64,000 bases of DNA from a virus (Duplodnaviria; Caudoviricetes), in the IMG/VR virus record IMGVR_UViG_3300030012_002750, positions 516 to 64,515 of that record. One strand, 5' to 3'. Within the stretch, counting starts at the first letter, position 1. Each line of letters opens with the position of its first letter. The position numbers were made by a program, and so were the translations under genes. This document shows positions 53,101 to 60,936 of the stretch, in pieces. Under the pieces are notes generated by a model. It worked only from the letters and a program-made list of their open reading frames with translations, was not told where the DNA came from and made no database searches.

Positions 53101-56100
53101 TACACGGTGATGGTTTTACTCTATTAACTGAAACTAAAATACGATTTGATGGATACGGTATTGCCGACGATAGCGCATCATGCAACGCCGCGGGTGGACA
53201 CAGAATACAACTTGAAGTTGGAACTAATTACAACACAGCGTTTCATTTCCCCGACCCAGCAGAAGTAGGCGCGTATCAAATTGTCATTCAACCTAACTTG
53301 TTCAGTAAGCAATTCATGGGTAATAATGAAAATACAACATTTGCTTCAACTGATGCACCGGAAGACCCAAGTGGAACAAATACTACCGTCACAGTTCTAA
53401 CAGACCAACTTGTTGCTACGGTTGTTGCTACACAAGGTCGCGACTTGATATTATCCGAAGCAACCATGGCAGATGTGCGCGGTTGTGAAATATACCTCAA
53501 TGAGATAATGCTTGACATTGACCCTTCAACACGCGAACAATTTACTAACATACCTATTCTTGGTTTGAGCAACCCGTTTGGTGTTAACGCTACATCATCG
53601 GGAGCATTTACGCGTCGCAGTTTGCCGTATTCTCCTAACATGTTTCATCGTTCATCTCCGGGTATTCCCATAACTGTTCCTTGGTGGAGCGTAGCATTTG
53701 CATCTTCAACAATCTTTACCGCTAATGCTCCGTGGAAAAGCACAGAACATTATCACCCCGATGATTACTACCATTTCTGTCGCTCAACGCTCGGTGGTGT
53801 TGGTTGTCAAACGACTATGCTTGGTTATCCTTCTGTATATCTCGATGTTTATACAGATTATTTAACATCAACAAACCCTGTTGGAATAATCGAACACATG
53901 GACACTTCTGCAAATAAGTTATATGTTCGCAATAATACTTTATTCCCTGTTGCGGGTGTTGATTATTTCAATCATAGATTAACAATTATTAGCGCAAACG
54001 GAACGCGACACGATGCAACTTATACAAATAGAGGATATATTAGTGGCGTTGGTTTAACCGACGGTGCTGTTGTATTTCATAATGTAGTTAATGTCGCTGG
54101 TGCAGGTGATTTTCAAACAAATGCAACAAAAGGTCTTGAAGTAAGATTAACAAGAAAATACGGTTTTGATGATTCAAAAGAAATTTACACAGATTCTCAA
54201 TCAAGTATTGCTACGCGCAACTTACCACAGTTATTATCGGGAACGCGAGATACTAACAGCCTACATTTACCCGACGCGTATCTTTGTATGTGGCATTACA
54301 ATCTTGGTCGCCCTATGACTTGGTATTCCGATTCAAGGACAAATAACAGCGATGCGGCAGTTGATAAGAAAGCATACAATCATGCACCGGAACACTTTGA
54401 GATGGTTCATTATCACGAATTCGCATACGCTATGAGCGATGGTCCATTTAAATTCCGAGCAAAAAGTATAGAAAATTATACAGGTGGTCTTACTGATACA
54501 TATTCTGTTAGTGCTTTAGCACACCAAGCAGGGACAGATGGTAAATCGCGCAAATATAATTTTGGTGCGTTTTGGCCGGGTGGACATCGCTTTGGTGCGC
54601 AGATGAGTTCACTTACTCTTTATGGAACAGCCGCTCCGGGTTGGCGCGATAAGTGGGATAACCCTAACATTAAGCAGGTATCCGACGCAAAAGGTTTGAC
54701 TGTAACTAACGGCGATGTTGAAACAATCACCGATTCGCTGTTCAGCAAGAATGTGCATAAACAAGCAGGTTGGGGATACCGTATATCAGTAAGACAACCT
54801 TACAACAGACCAAGATGGGCTATCAAAGCAAATCAAGGTTTGCGCGACCCTCATGCGTATTATCACTTCCATGCCGAAGGACCATTTGTTAGTAGCCAAG
54901 AAGTCACTACGCGCACAAATACACAATCGGAAGACCTTAATACTACACTAACAACCATTACCCAACCGGATTATACAGGTATTATAGAAAGACAAACTAA
55001 CGCTTCCGCGCTTATTAATAATGATTTAAGAGGTCAACAAGTAAGATATAGCGATGGTCGTCGTATGACCAAAGGGTTTGGTTGCGCTGTTCGCAACATA
55101 CGAAACCCAACAACAGCGATTCGCAAGTTTCATGCAGACACACCCGCTGGATTTAAAGCCGGAACAGATGTTGTTGACCAGCGTGTTAACCTCGCTCTTG
55201 CTCAAGCACATTACATGGTTGATTGGTGGGGCAACACAACGGGTGAAGAGGTAAGACGATTCCCTGTGCGCGGGTTTGGTATTCGCCCATCATGGGACCC
55301 CGAAGATGCATACCGCGCTACGGACAGAACTAAAGTTGCTGAAACTATGTATAATGACACAACAGGTGTGAATCTTGCGGAAGCAGAAGTTAATTTCTTT
55401 GACCCTGCTACTGCAAAGCGAGTCGGCGACCGTGGTGATGGACGCGGTGTGCGATACCCAACATACTTTAACGAAGATATACTACAAGATGTATCCGAAG
55501 ATATGCGACCGTTTGGATTAGTATTATCTCATCATACAAGTGAACCTCCATTTACAACAGGATTTATGCGCCCTGCTAATATTGCGTTAGAATCATTTGA
55601 AGTTCCAAGAGGTATAAGCGCAAGATTAGAAATTGCGGGTGATGATGGTCTATTGAAGCGTGAAGCAAATGTAGGAAGCAATATTGAGAAAACAAATTTT
55701 GACTTTATGATAGAACCAATTGCAAAATCAAAACCCCGTATTGGAATTGACGGCATGAGCGTTGTTGAAAATGATGGTAATATATCTCCGCGATATGTTG
55801 TTGCAAGCACAGAAGCAACCAGTTTGCACACGGATAGGCAAGCAGGTCAGCGTTTCATATTCTCCGGTGGAGTATCAACAGCGAATCGCGCACTAAGTGA
55901 TTTAAGATTAGATACACTAAACTTTTCTTCAAGTAAGCAAGTTATGAAGTTCGGAACAACGCATGGTATTCCTCCGATTGGTGGAACTTACATTATGGAA
56001 CTTTCATCGGAAGGTGCGCCAATAAACGACTTTGGTTGGGGTGCTTCAAGTGGTGTTACAACCAATCCTTATCAAACTTCTAACCACGACTCAAAATCGT

Positions 56101-56651
56101 TTAACACTAATGTTAAAGATGAAACAATCAAGTTCCTTGTTCGCCCTGTCCGCGTGCTTGATAATAAACACATTGAACTATTCCGTAGTGATAGAACACA
56201 TGTGCTTTCAGCAACAGCCGCAGGTCGTTATGGTGTGTTTGTCTATGATGCTCCTAACGCGCGTGCCGCAGATGCCGCATCAAACTACATGCGTAATACA
56301 AACCCAGCACCGAGCAACCCACCTTATACTCCTGTTTATCTTTTCACACTTGGAACTTCAACAAGCGCACCTTCAAGCACCGGACCAAGAATACCCGGTA
56401 GTGAATCTTCAACATTTACAACATCATCAACACAAGCAGTAGCAAGAATGGTTGTAACAAACAACACACTACAACATCTTCGCGCTGATGCATCAAGGCT
56501 TCAATCAGTAGTTAAAAACGATGATGCCTTTATACGAAAAAATTACACGGTTCAACCGAGATACACACAATCATTATACGCGGGAGATAGACTTAATACA
56601 GTAAATCATTCCGGTGAAGGTAATAGAAGTGATAATGGGGTGGGAGCATGA
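41163..56651 (+). CDS. 5162-aa giant tail-associated protein with N-terminal LamG/concanavalin-like domain
   Basis: FTVEAWV..HISGEFNGEQVKLYVNG..FYIGG..YRGYIESV..GLWRFEE LamG signature; Gly/Thr/Ser/aromatic-rich, uninterrupted 15.5-kb ORF in the tail module. Confidence 0.85.
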   Translation: MTVITHSTHAMFFNGISDSVVCPQGIFTKTGHKREIYGGVARSSAPILQDDDGHRFANANNQTLGKFTVEAWVSPDCGGIIASKDELFELRMGTIDAPGVASFKVQFSNGVTAIASSANNYPTAAASFVRNDVGYNKGQRELYHISGEFNGEQVKLYVNGELMASHKMNKKYTCNLNDQDFYIGGKGGEYRGYIESVQWKNDVSTMESRTKPLMLSNSTIGLWRFEEPVEVDDDVFYITSNVNAGDTTITIGAAACQSLYETVSGKSGTLFTTYTLESLGNYQVANAAHSGGAQVIEVPHTMFNLIINPTGTDVLSQQPNGSPPERVRLKSINPLGTITVESIHLDFSVSTDTGARGVLHSRTAFNSGNNLANDSAMVLVRSDLLIDGETGKPYQRIGTASQAIDRTGAMVIDESPNEFHGFLYSRSLAVGNNFSPASWTIAERFKSGHTGRHKYTHREGHPYLHLLPPIHEQELTRTIDGISDDALITFAGSYIGLKSAIPINSKAFVSHTAFNGKIMKVKTSATTNGVVRNGLASIDAHRDGIIAISVDDIEPFLLKGGGIGVNSQSDSQYINHLTPEKDSRVAILEVAGLTAKYVEIHYNAIDLTGGKMGLANPAILVEKTVPDGGCLLDGKRVAAHIADAVGAGATIHSPGGIITASPQDVGDAQVAMKPHHLVGDNAGGFDYEKGLNESFLPSAYTPRSTGDEPNKPPQGVATTTHPSVYHRIHIQPMQRSASDPPINEAPTHYQESVQFASQKGGAFEMFDVIDNNKQGDSYIFIVQPSKRERTMQLSRTTPATIDSNDCTFFTIEYIQSTVRVVSMQVNDTGAGRYLVMEGQGMMSDVSDQTVSYGGDGSRDSHIVKEIQPGAPVVSVTLGGAGQGAINTKPSWDPASISRVGWNTRQTCAVRVASFDTTANTITVITLNNKARHIGSMQSTSWGTYCFPATGRIYLPNGANAEYTSKTGSAFTFPAFSTLSQRKFILQDGNPVANLADWIAKSQLTADTGIILLDPHFDSTSVCADGTTINDRLFQSISSVNHDYQLGTQYASTRALVEIPLFPNQFFEDRDAGIFPGPDNSMKLHLDATMTAQAWNPSPVGRRANGRRALDYEAVGHYQYNISPSVRATITQMTRNPSTNTVTVDTTGKVPVSSFDSGADVKGISTRRTRRIVLGNGEWAYYESSGTETLTLSNKSSYSSENFFSSVQVGSQVIVGQLPNDTLAQLTGNVSHTSSAQEYRRPFYYDRGSVMTQGGNLDYGLRQYVSAVEFKAGPTANPHVARIQSKNARLTLLSQIAGNNYRFTGNLPKGKLPTNYKFAAINESTGRKYAIEYNSSTGPTQITIDPHPILDSTAPAIGALSTTADTVLTLLGIYSTSATTLPLKIEDGIANQTWNNPYCPGGLRYGDTVWANMHYTNPHAIEGLFAKSRGVYNEYEVWRGFNGGKGELGVEARDTLPLENFLIGDTCLETARNYVQHVNKTIELNWTELGHTNTPPIVAYLDPYLSTETHARVLLYDVAHDREFIAFHDLHMQVQTSAITPTINGLDVAAGFRTQRKDKILKTTTHTQTIHSASYTYEDGDGKSHFVEGAYAHRSWYLMDESMLVTSGGATLQFNRPSRNTPHHIQFGSETSRYGHGRLEQSTVDSRVQVGWTTVGDAELRHAETIPYEESEDVQQNTIDRTRFYATFFDTPEGTRVISAFLCLKGKRATKNDAREHYEDRLQHLEHWTNMDFVRRLTIDMGEIGLKEGVTDIEAAAREVVRMINQGGAENGRSSQRRPSDQYPGEGERFDINRRSISVGGTDTEEPTDATAAHQHADFAVTGSTYDPAPFWLDTAFTSFDRGSHMGYVRAHLGRVVEDANGNEGYSIVIHSTVPGATSRNFCVWLDNSKSQAEYKPQFLIGHGGRFRNFYCRPPELAGENMHPAPMPIDKNGKPFAPITTLREYVSLDEDSDELFINTHLGFGANYNNAYTGDTANTGATTGRASNTGNMESFENSGQKYTIREGLQTGTHAYGRVNFGGIVAAGIPGFAPDAGKWGFGENSKSNSRFTSSIYGNYIAADSETGLYANYSLYAPSIETDDDAIGTSSLYGMKLVDHRGKSHILRYIYRRAGESFSHKNALMPKTIDEETLIYFDDRDIAQGGFTIGTNMWGIGNDGTPFFYTPSVNTNGWRGNVWRGVHTPNAGYAVSIDPATAANTLTLKAGTNYGYHGGGIWHVLPEDDPTANVRDMLGHLGFPDSGLIWLAIPNSTPNAYEHTGVVFSYASRTHNGRGGPHSFFGLQGVDANTIAASWFPDQNRCGPTGITDARIPVILSPHLNQTTIITDELIAAATNYAFNVDPNEDNQFFDCSDLRAPDGRTYGEILGDNAQTAVKITKFNQNKQITPLGDMFTTTLSRDWGLHASSMESAPIQADFGSQTSIFGGAGQYGGADAILDKSKAHGDFGYLPYTLLQIKTRFKGSNANTATPIFIDQTNNAISTDEWKKHLRGEKFTRYKGDHITPSLESSTYTIIAFDGAVPSSALPAGTAYDTYQVHFRDPAHFAVLGRQYAWQLQHISGGTNLNQETVTTNFGGKIDGSWTPFRRMELDEDTYLYAAALSPILDPKDADRSVLAWKHVDSKGDFKDKLVAGEILQPFKFDNDIQGLRLNGNIHGNPTVYFRGAQDSVDHHVPLYFGGGFSGVVMDINDGSRVDYSTHNKHPYAKGPTGSAGLQDIGEKMGAYALLDTTAMFAMFPGTILANQHRGEASPPFANQDALLSPDIDGNTNTHTIPNTTYTNVKIAKPTPIVLRFAHPYARYDDSVNSVAYMIFGPGQAVPKHWSGESATLTTSVEPSAKWTVANKIYTALDGIVGTTYNAGVESGHFLPNELSNTNLDGGGHQFLPMTDAYGAKNILPYRACRHWEPSYGSPNTNWNNTLATESRYSHSHYFKSTGASGNTHSQYAHPFTNYKAQTLFTNSSFHVSGLIYHLEGGYTAGGSWFDNSVRKNPPHPVSATLVNSANAAVQYIDRIGLNATMFRVGSQVLTDYDHDLDAAVPDDVFLIDATRCQNSEELGAVVASAINTWPGRANLKALGGTFLPSFQDAQRQDRYAWIEVANFDSYTPVSNDGTGIVSVVGAKLPMNLPEFGWIRLSNGTKTYFGYYAHYDRTNGTFILGSLQHRHGFGRLEEADFGGAGGGNAGAGVSGALDTSAGALKVFVWSKAGNLRWDNGFQNATDGIRSTSATSEGEASNSPFDHYATTQVHFNGATDAIDRTRAVGAVGWHGERYSMLNSLTITDDGPKVASGLGPWLPALGFTPYGAATTCHYQNSIEWDLLKVNGEEQEGNWVPKTGINQAFGLHQRHFIVVSYEGDLPIIAKASRNGQQTCGDMLQLKWSSSTQGGTVVAYHNERFNNDRYSAESNAGPHVEAMTDPAMTPPAELDEGVSEAEVEAASLWTSAAATSLAQAETCLYPTGDLFYNINENRNKDRNYPADKIFDNEAVTVSNQGYETYFEHRSKIYNHWKTRNAARNFFTEHVVWKRMGGGNVTLPAQNARGLGSIPWQVHKVGSEYIKFGETIYGNVRFSFETTNAAMYPIIQAQELAHPALAEQFPYEVRNALTIPNEEMQFEEIPVVDDTGQEHKLPGGSPLGIIIRDYELIQDRENEGLAPAVAGSGVSPNMEIQLPDHDEIPGNILVRAGFDRLQAYQHETLGSGGLQQPSQPSNVVRESFTSDGSRPRTEPYWEQDGYEHINQNPNNFPDSNNTLQSENILETSYEPHDRALYFHVTKMGYTYTEREPLAIINNAMTVNRLTIDTIGTNTITAKETIMADIWKQDPTPDGRYFLSVNGTIASFTNVSGKQFTGVVFAPDFTAKENNQIKPSFYIPAGSTRQFAARRLRDHAEVSGNSPDKPHTDWIGVSAGTSPATAVRAANKLTPMPLPRMGHHYVMPTMSVMPGHLAHPQYQQIYQANRACYGVIKYDSTQDIYNNVLWFSSPTASHPPSDIHGDGFTLLTETKIRFDGYGIADDSASCNAAGGHRIQLEVGTNYNTAFHFPDPAEVGAYQIVIQPNLFSKQFMGNNENTTFASTDAPEDPSGTNTTVTVLTDQLVATVVATQGRDLILSEATMADVRGCEIYLNEIMLDIDPSTREQFTNIPILGLSNPFGVNATSSGAFTRRSLPYSPNMFHRSSPGIPITVPWWSVAFASSTIFTANAPWKSTEHYHPDDYYHFCRSTLGGVGCQTTMLGYPSVYLDVYTDYLTSTNPVGIIEHMDTSANKLYVRNNTLFPVAGVDYFNHRLTIISANGTRHDATYTNRGYISGVGLTDGAVVFHNVVNVAGAGDFQTNATKGLEVRLTRKYGFDDSKEIYTDSQSSIATRNLPQLLSGTRDTNSLHLPDAYLCMWHYNLGRPMTWYSDSRTNNSDAAVDKKAYNHAPEHFEMVHYHEFAYAMSDGPFKFRAKSIENYTGGLTDTYSVSALAHQAGTDGKSRKYNFGAFWPGGHRFGAQMSSLTLYGTAAPGWRDKWDNPNIKQVSDAKGLTVTNGDVETITDSLFSKNVHKQAGWGYRISVRQPYNRPRWAIKANQGLRDPHAYYHFHAEGPFVSSQEVTTRTNTQSEDLNTTLTTITQPDYTGIIERQTNASALINNDLRGQQVRYSDGRRMTKGFGCAVRNIRNPTTAIRKFHADTPAGFKAGTDVVDQRVNLALAQAHYMVDWWGNTTGEEVRRFPVRGFGIRPSWDPEDAYRATDRTKVAETMYNDTTGVNLAEAEVNFFDPATAKRVGDRGDGRGVRYPTYFNEDILQDVSEDMRPFGLVLSHHTSEPPFTTGFMRPANIALESFEVPRGISARLEIAGDDGLLKREANVGSNIEKTNFDFMIEPIAKSKPRIGIDGMSVVENDGNISPRYVVASTEATSLHTDRQAGQRFIFSGGVSTANRALSDLRLDTLNFSSSKQVMKFGTTHGIPPIGGTYIMELSSEGAPINDFGWGASSGVTTNPYQTSNHDSKSFNTNVKDETIKFLVRPVRVLDNKHIELFRSDRTHVLSATAAGRYGVFVYDAPNARAADAASNYMRNTNPAPSNPPYTPVYLFTLGTSTSAPSSTGPRIPGSESSTFTTSSTQAVARMVVTNNTLQHLRADASRLQSVVKNDDAFIRKNYTVQPRYTQSLYAGDRLNTVNHSGEGNRSDNGVGA

Positions 56652-58318
56652 CATATAGCGTTCCTTCGCCAACAAATGCGTCTTATGTAAAAAAGAGATA
56701 TGGTCGCTCCAAAGAAGTTTATAACGAAATAGGTGCTATTGCTGAAAAGCCAACTTTTGTTGATAATGCAATCCACCACGCGATTTATGAAACTACCGAA
56801 AATTTAAGCAAAAAAACACAAGTAAGCAAACCGAACCAAGGAGATTTTCAACCAACACATCAGCGCAGATACAGATTGACCGAAGAGCAATCTTCAATTC
56901 GGTTAGCACACAAAGACCATGAAGATGCTCCCTTTTTTAACGGAGAGCGATTGGGTGAATTTTCATCAAGACCAATGCTTTTAATTGCTGATAATGACAC
57001 ATCTTTGCGACTAAGAACTAAATCGTTAACTAATACACAGAAGGGTGTTCGCGTTCACTTTAATAACATGAAAGGTAAAACTCTTGCTGATTACAGCATG
57101 GATAGTGTTTCGCATGTTCGCGCTGGACAAACAATCAGCGTTGGTATGAGGTCAACCGATTTAGTTGAGAAACTATTTGACAAAGCATTACATGGTTTGA
57201 ATAGCGTAAGCGCGCAAGGTGTTAGCACATTATTTGTAGCGCAGAATTTTAACTCAACAAACATTCCAACAGCGGTTAGATTTGTAGGACGACATGACCA
57301 TTTTATTATGTATTATGATAGGTTTGGTAATTTCAAATACGCACCTAAAATATTTAATTTTAAAGACCGAGAGTTAGGCACACAACGCGGTATAAGTGAA
57401 ACAAAAATTGACCCAATCGTTGATGTAGCAAATCGTATAGTTGTAAAAGGAAAAGGTATTGCAGTTAATGACCATGTTAGTGTATTAGTTGATGATGCAG
57501 AAGAGCAAAAGAAAAGAGGGTCAATCAAAGAAATGAAGGTTCAAGACCCGACTGTTAATAATGAATCAAAAGCAAGAACAAGCGCGGGTCAATTATTGCG
57601 TTTAAACAAAAAGGCTCAAGGTGCTTTACAGTCAAATGAACACGCGCTATCTTGGGATTTTGAACCGGGTGATATTGTCAATTACAAATCAGCAATAGGT
57701 GATGTTCAACAAGCAATTATTGAATTAGAACACAGGTCCGATGGAACATCGGATTTCCAAATGCTCTCTTATGAAGCGGGTCTTGAAGCAGTTGTTAACT
57801 CATTTGGAGATAGTGCAGACTTAAATGATGAAGATTTTGTCTTCGATAATAGTCAGCAAATATCAACTCTAAATAAAAGCGGTGTCGGTAGTGCAAAAAT
57901 TAGAGTGAGAGGTGTATTAAGAGTCCGACCCGTTATTACAAAGTTAGCAAGAACAAAAACAAGCGCGCTTAACACAGGTTCGGATATACACGCGGGTATG
58001 TTGTTAGGACATCGCAACAGCGGATACGGTGCAGGTCGGTCTGCTCTTGGATTTGGTATTACACCGCGCATTAGCGGCACACATGCGGCGGGGGCTATCA
58101 CAGTTTCCAGCACAACCGGATTTGCTGATAACGGTCATTTGATACTTGATAACAAGTCTTTTGTGTCATATAGCGGTAGAACAGCAACCACCTTCACAGG
58201 GGTAAGTTTGGTAAGCGGAGCCGCCATAGCCTCACCTATCGCGGAGATTCGTATGCTCCGCCCTCGCGGACATGAGATGAGAACAGTCAAGGGTAGAAAG
58301 ATAAGGAGGAAGATTTGA
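56648..58318 (+). CDS. Putative baseplate hub/tail tip protein
   Basis: YYDRFGNFKY..ANRIVVKG..FEPGDIV pattern typical of hub proteins; C-terminal STTGF..G beta domain. Confidence 0.6.
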   Translation: MTYSVPSPTNASYVKKRYGRSKEVYNEIGAIAEKPTFVDNAIHHAIYETTENLSKKTQVSKPNQGDFQPTHQRRYRLTEEQSSIRLAHKDHEDAPFFNGERLGEFSSRPMLLIADNDTSLRLRTKSLTNTQKGVRVHFNNMKGKTLADYSMDSVSHVRAGQTISVGMRSTDLVEKLFDKALHGLNSVSAQGVSTLFVAQNFNSTNIPTAVRFVGRHDHFIMYYDRFGNFKYAPKIFNFKDRELGTQRGISETKIDPIVDVANRIVVKGKGIAVNDHVSVLVDDAEEQKKRGSIKEMKVQDPTVNNESKARTSAGQLLRLNKKAQGALQSNEHALSWDFEPGDIVNYKSAIGDVQQAIIELEHRSDGTSDFQMLSYEAGLEAVVNSFGDSADLNDEDFVFDNSQQISTLNKSGVGSAKIRVRGVLRVRPVITKLARTKTSALNTGSDIHAGMLLGHRNSGYGAGRSALGFGITPRISGTHAAGAITVSSTTGFADNGHLILDNKSFVSYSGRTATTFTGVSLVSGAAIASPIAEIRMLRPRGHEMRTVKGRKIRRKI

Positions 58319-58665
58319 TGCCAATGTTAAATTCAGTCAAACGACGCTTGGTTGAGCATCTTGCTACACTTGTTAACGAGTTGCATGTTGGTAGTGATGG
58401 AACGGTTGCAACCTCCGAAGACGGCGGTGCGCGCACACTTGCAAGAATAACACCGCGTGTGCAAATTATTGACGACACCAGCATACTTGTTGAGGGTGTG
58501 TTAAACGCATCGTATGTCTTCACCAAACCAATCCAAGAAATCTATCTTCAATACAAAGACGCAACAACAGGCGAGTTTGTTCCTGTGTATCGCGCGGACA
58601 TTCACTCTCTTACAAAGAGCGCAGATAATGAAGTGCGCTTCTCATTCATATTGGAGGTATCGTGA
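58318..58665 (+). CDS. Small tail-tip protein
   Basis: 115 aa; LHVGSDGT...IQEIYL..KSADNEVRFSFILEV resembles fibre-attachment domains. Confidence 0.6.
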   Translation: MPMLNSVKRRLVEHLATLVNELHVGSDGTVATSEDGGARTLARITPRVQIIDDTSILVEGVLNASYVFTKPIQEIYLQYKDATTGEFVPVYRADIHSLTKSADNEVRFSFILEVS

Positions 58666-60932
58666 TGGCGACAGATAACATAGCAGGGCATACAGCCGCG
58701 CAGAATACGCTTGGTGAAGACGGACTACGAGATGGAGATTCGTTATCACCCACGACGCTTACCAATTTAATTCAAGGTGTTCATGGCAACGGTATCCTTC
58801 GATACCAAGATGGAGCATACGGCTCATCAAGAAATGAAACAAATAGCGGTAATCAACCCGGTTCAATGGTGCGCGCATCAGCAAGCACTCTTGGTGTAAG
58901 TGGTGGTTTTGTTGTGCTTGACGGAGCATTGTATGAATTCGCTAATGGTGTTGGTGACGGAGTTCTTCTTGATTTAAATAACCCTTCACATGGTAGTGGT
59001 GCGCTTACTCTTGCCGCAAACCAAGAAGCAATCTATACAATTTATGTTGCCCCAAGTGGTGGAGTTAACAAAGTTGCTTTTGAGGCTGGAAGTCCTGTTG
59101 ATACTACAACGGGGATATATCCTTCCGCGTCTAATCAATACCTTATTGACTACGATGGAACCACTACACAAGACAACATGAAAACAATTGTGCTTGCTCA
59201 TGTCCGTGTTCAGTATATTGGTTCCGGTGGAGGTAGTAATAATCTAAACATTGTTGAGATAAATGATAAGCGCGTCTTTTTACAAGGTTCAGCAGACTAT
59301 CGCATTCCGCTTTCAACAGGAACAATATCATCGGGAAGTGGAGTAAGCGTTGCTGAAATTGCAGATGGTGGTTCGGAAGGTGTTAACACAATTGCGCATC
59401 TTAACGCTATTCACAATGAGAACGGCGAACTTGCTGTGACAGATACAGTCAATGTTCATTGGGTAAGCCACCCGCGCTATGGCTCATTTGACCAGTTGCC
59501 GCCGGGACCGGGTGATGCAGGGTATGGACAAGGACCGTCGCGCGGTGCAGACCGCGGAGGTGGTCATGTTGCAGACTCATTCTATTTCGCAGGGCGCAAC
59601 AACCAACAGACCGGACACTACTCGGTAAGGTTACAAGGGCGCGGTGTTGATGCCACAAGCACAGCACTAACCACATCGGGTATTTGGAAAATTACAGCGG
59701 ACGGAGATTCTTTCTTTATGCTTGCACCTAACAATAGCGTTGATATTACGCTACAACCGGAGCAAGATTCAGCGGGCAATTACATGTTCCCCGAAGGACA
59801 TACTATTGAAGTATGCAATAACGGATTAGGCAATATCATCTTCGATGACTTAAGCGGCTCTAATGAAACAATCGCACCAAGTCATCGCGCTACATTTATT
59901 TACGAAGGTAGCGTATGGGTGCGTTGTGATTATCAATCAGCAATTTTAGGTATAACTCCGGCTATTGTTGATAATAGCGGGACTCCCGATTTTGCCACAG
60001 GTATTACACAAGGAGAAGTGCTAACGCTTCTTGGTATCGAAACAGGTGCCACAGCAGACCAAACTGATGCTGAAATACGCGCCGCTGTTGAAGCCGCAAC
60101 TGACTCTAATGTATTCACCGACGCAGACCACAACAAGTTGAATGCAATTGAAGCAAACGCAGATGTCACAGATGAAACAAATGTCAAAGCGGCAATTGAC
60201 GGTATGACTCTTACAGACATTGGAACTCCCGCTTCCACCGACAGGATTCTTATTCAAGACGCGGATGATTCTAATAATCTTAAGTATGCTGATTTCAGCG
60301 AATTTGGTGGTAGTGGTGGTGGTAGCGGAACGGTGACAAGCATTGGGACAACCGCGCCTATCACCGGAGGAACAATCACAAGCACAGGGACAATTGGAAT
60401 TAGCGCGGCTACTACAAGTGCGGCAGGTTCAATGTCTGCGGCTGACAAACTCAAGTTAGATGGTATAGCCGCAGGTGCTAATGTATATACTAATGGTGAC
60501 GCACTATCGGCAGTTTCGGGCAATGACCTTTTTATGGATAACGAGCGAACATTTAGAGCATCAACATGTGTAGTTGATTTCGGCCAAAATCCACTTGGAC
60601 TTTTCCCTAACCCAACGGTATATGAGTTAATACCGGATGAAGCGGGGACAGTAATCTTAGCACCGGGAGGAACAACTTGGGGGCTACCCGACCCCTCCCC
60701 ATTTTCGGGGACACAGGTAGGCGATACCTATGTTATTATTAATATAGATACGGGGGCGGGCGCGGGAACTCCCGTAACGATTGACAGAACAGGTAATCCG
60801 GGGGGATTGGGTGGACACGGAACTGCTCAAGACTTGAACGGGGCGGCAACCAATGGTTCGCTTCCCGCGCATGAGGCTGTTACTATAATTTACACAGGAC
60901 CGGTAACGGGTTGGTATGGAATAGGATTGTGA
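58665..60932 (+). CDS. Tail fibre-like protein
   Basis: GIETGATADQTDAEI, GTVTSIGTTAPITGGTIT and ATTSAAGSMSAADKLKLDGI are recurrent fibre repeats. Confidence 0.75.
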   Translation: MATDNIAGHTAAQNTLGEDGLRDGDSLSPTTLTNLIQGVHGNGILRYQDGAYGSSRNETNSGNQPGSMVRASASTLGVSGGFVVLDGALYEFANGVGDGVLLDLNNPSHGSGALTLAANQEAIYTIYVAPSGGVNKVAFEAGSPVDTTTGIYPSASNQYLIDYDGTTTQDNMKTIVLAHVRVQYIGSGGGSNNLNIVEINDKRVFLQGSADYRIPLSTGTISSGSGVSVAEIADGGSEGVNTIAHLNAIHNENGELAVTDTVNVHWVSHPRYGSFDQLPPGPGDAGYGQGPSRGADRGGGHVADSFYFAGRNNQQTGHYSVRLQGRGVDATSTALTTSGIWKITADGDSFFMLAPNNSVDITLQPEQDSAGNYMFPEGHTIEVCNNGLGNIIFDDLSGSNETIAPSHRATFIYEGSVWVRCDYQSAILGITPAIVDNSGTPDFATGITQGEVLTLLGIETGATADQTDAEIRAAVEAATDSNVFTDADHNKLNAIEANADVTDETNVKAAIDGMTLTDIGTPASTDRILIQDADDSNNLKYADFSEFGGSGGGSGTVTSIGTTAPITGGTITSTGTIGISAATTSAAGSMSAADKLKLDGIAAGANVYTNGDALSAVSGNDLFMDNERTFRASTCVVDFGQNPLGLFPNPTVYELIPDEAGTVILAPGGTTWGLPDPSPFSGTQVGDTYVIINIDTGAGAGTPVTIDRTGNPGGLGGHGTAQDLNGAATNGSLPAHEAVTIIYTGPVTGWYGIGL

Positions 60933-60936
60933 TACG

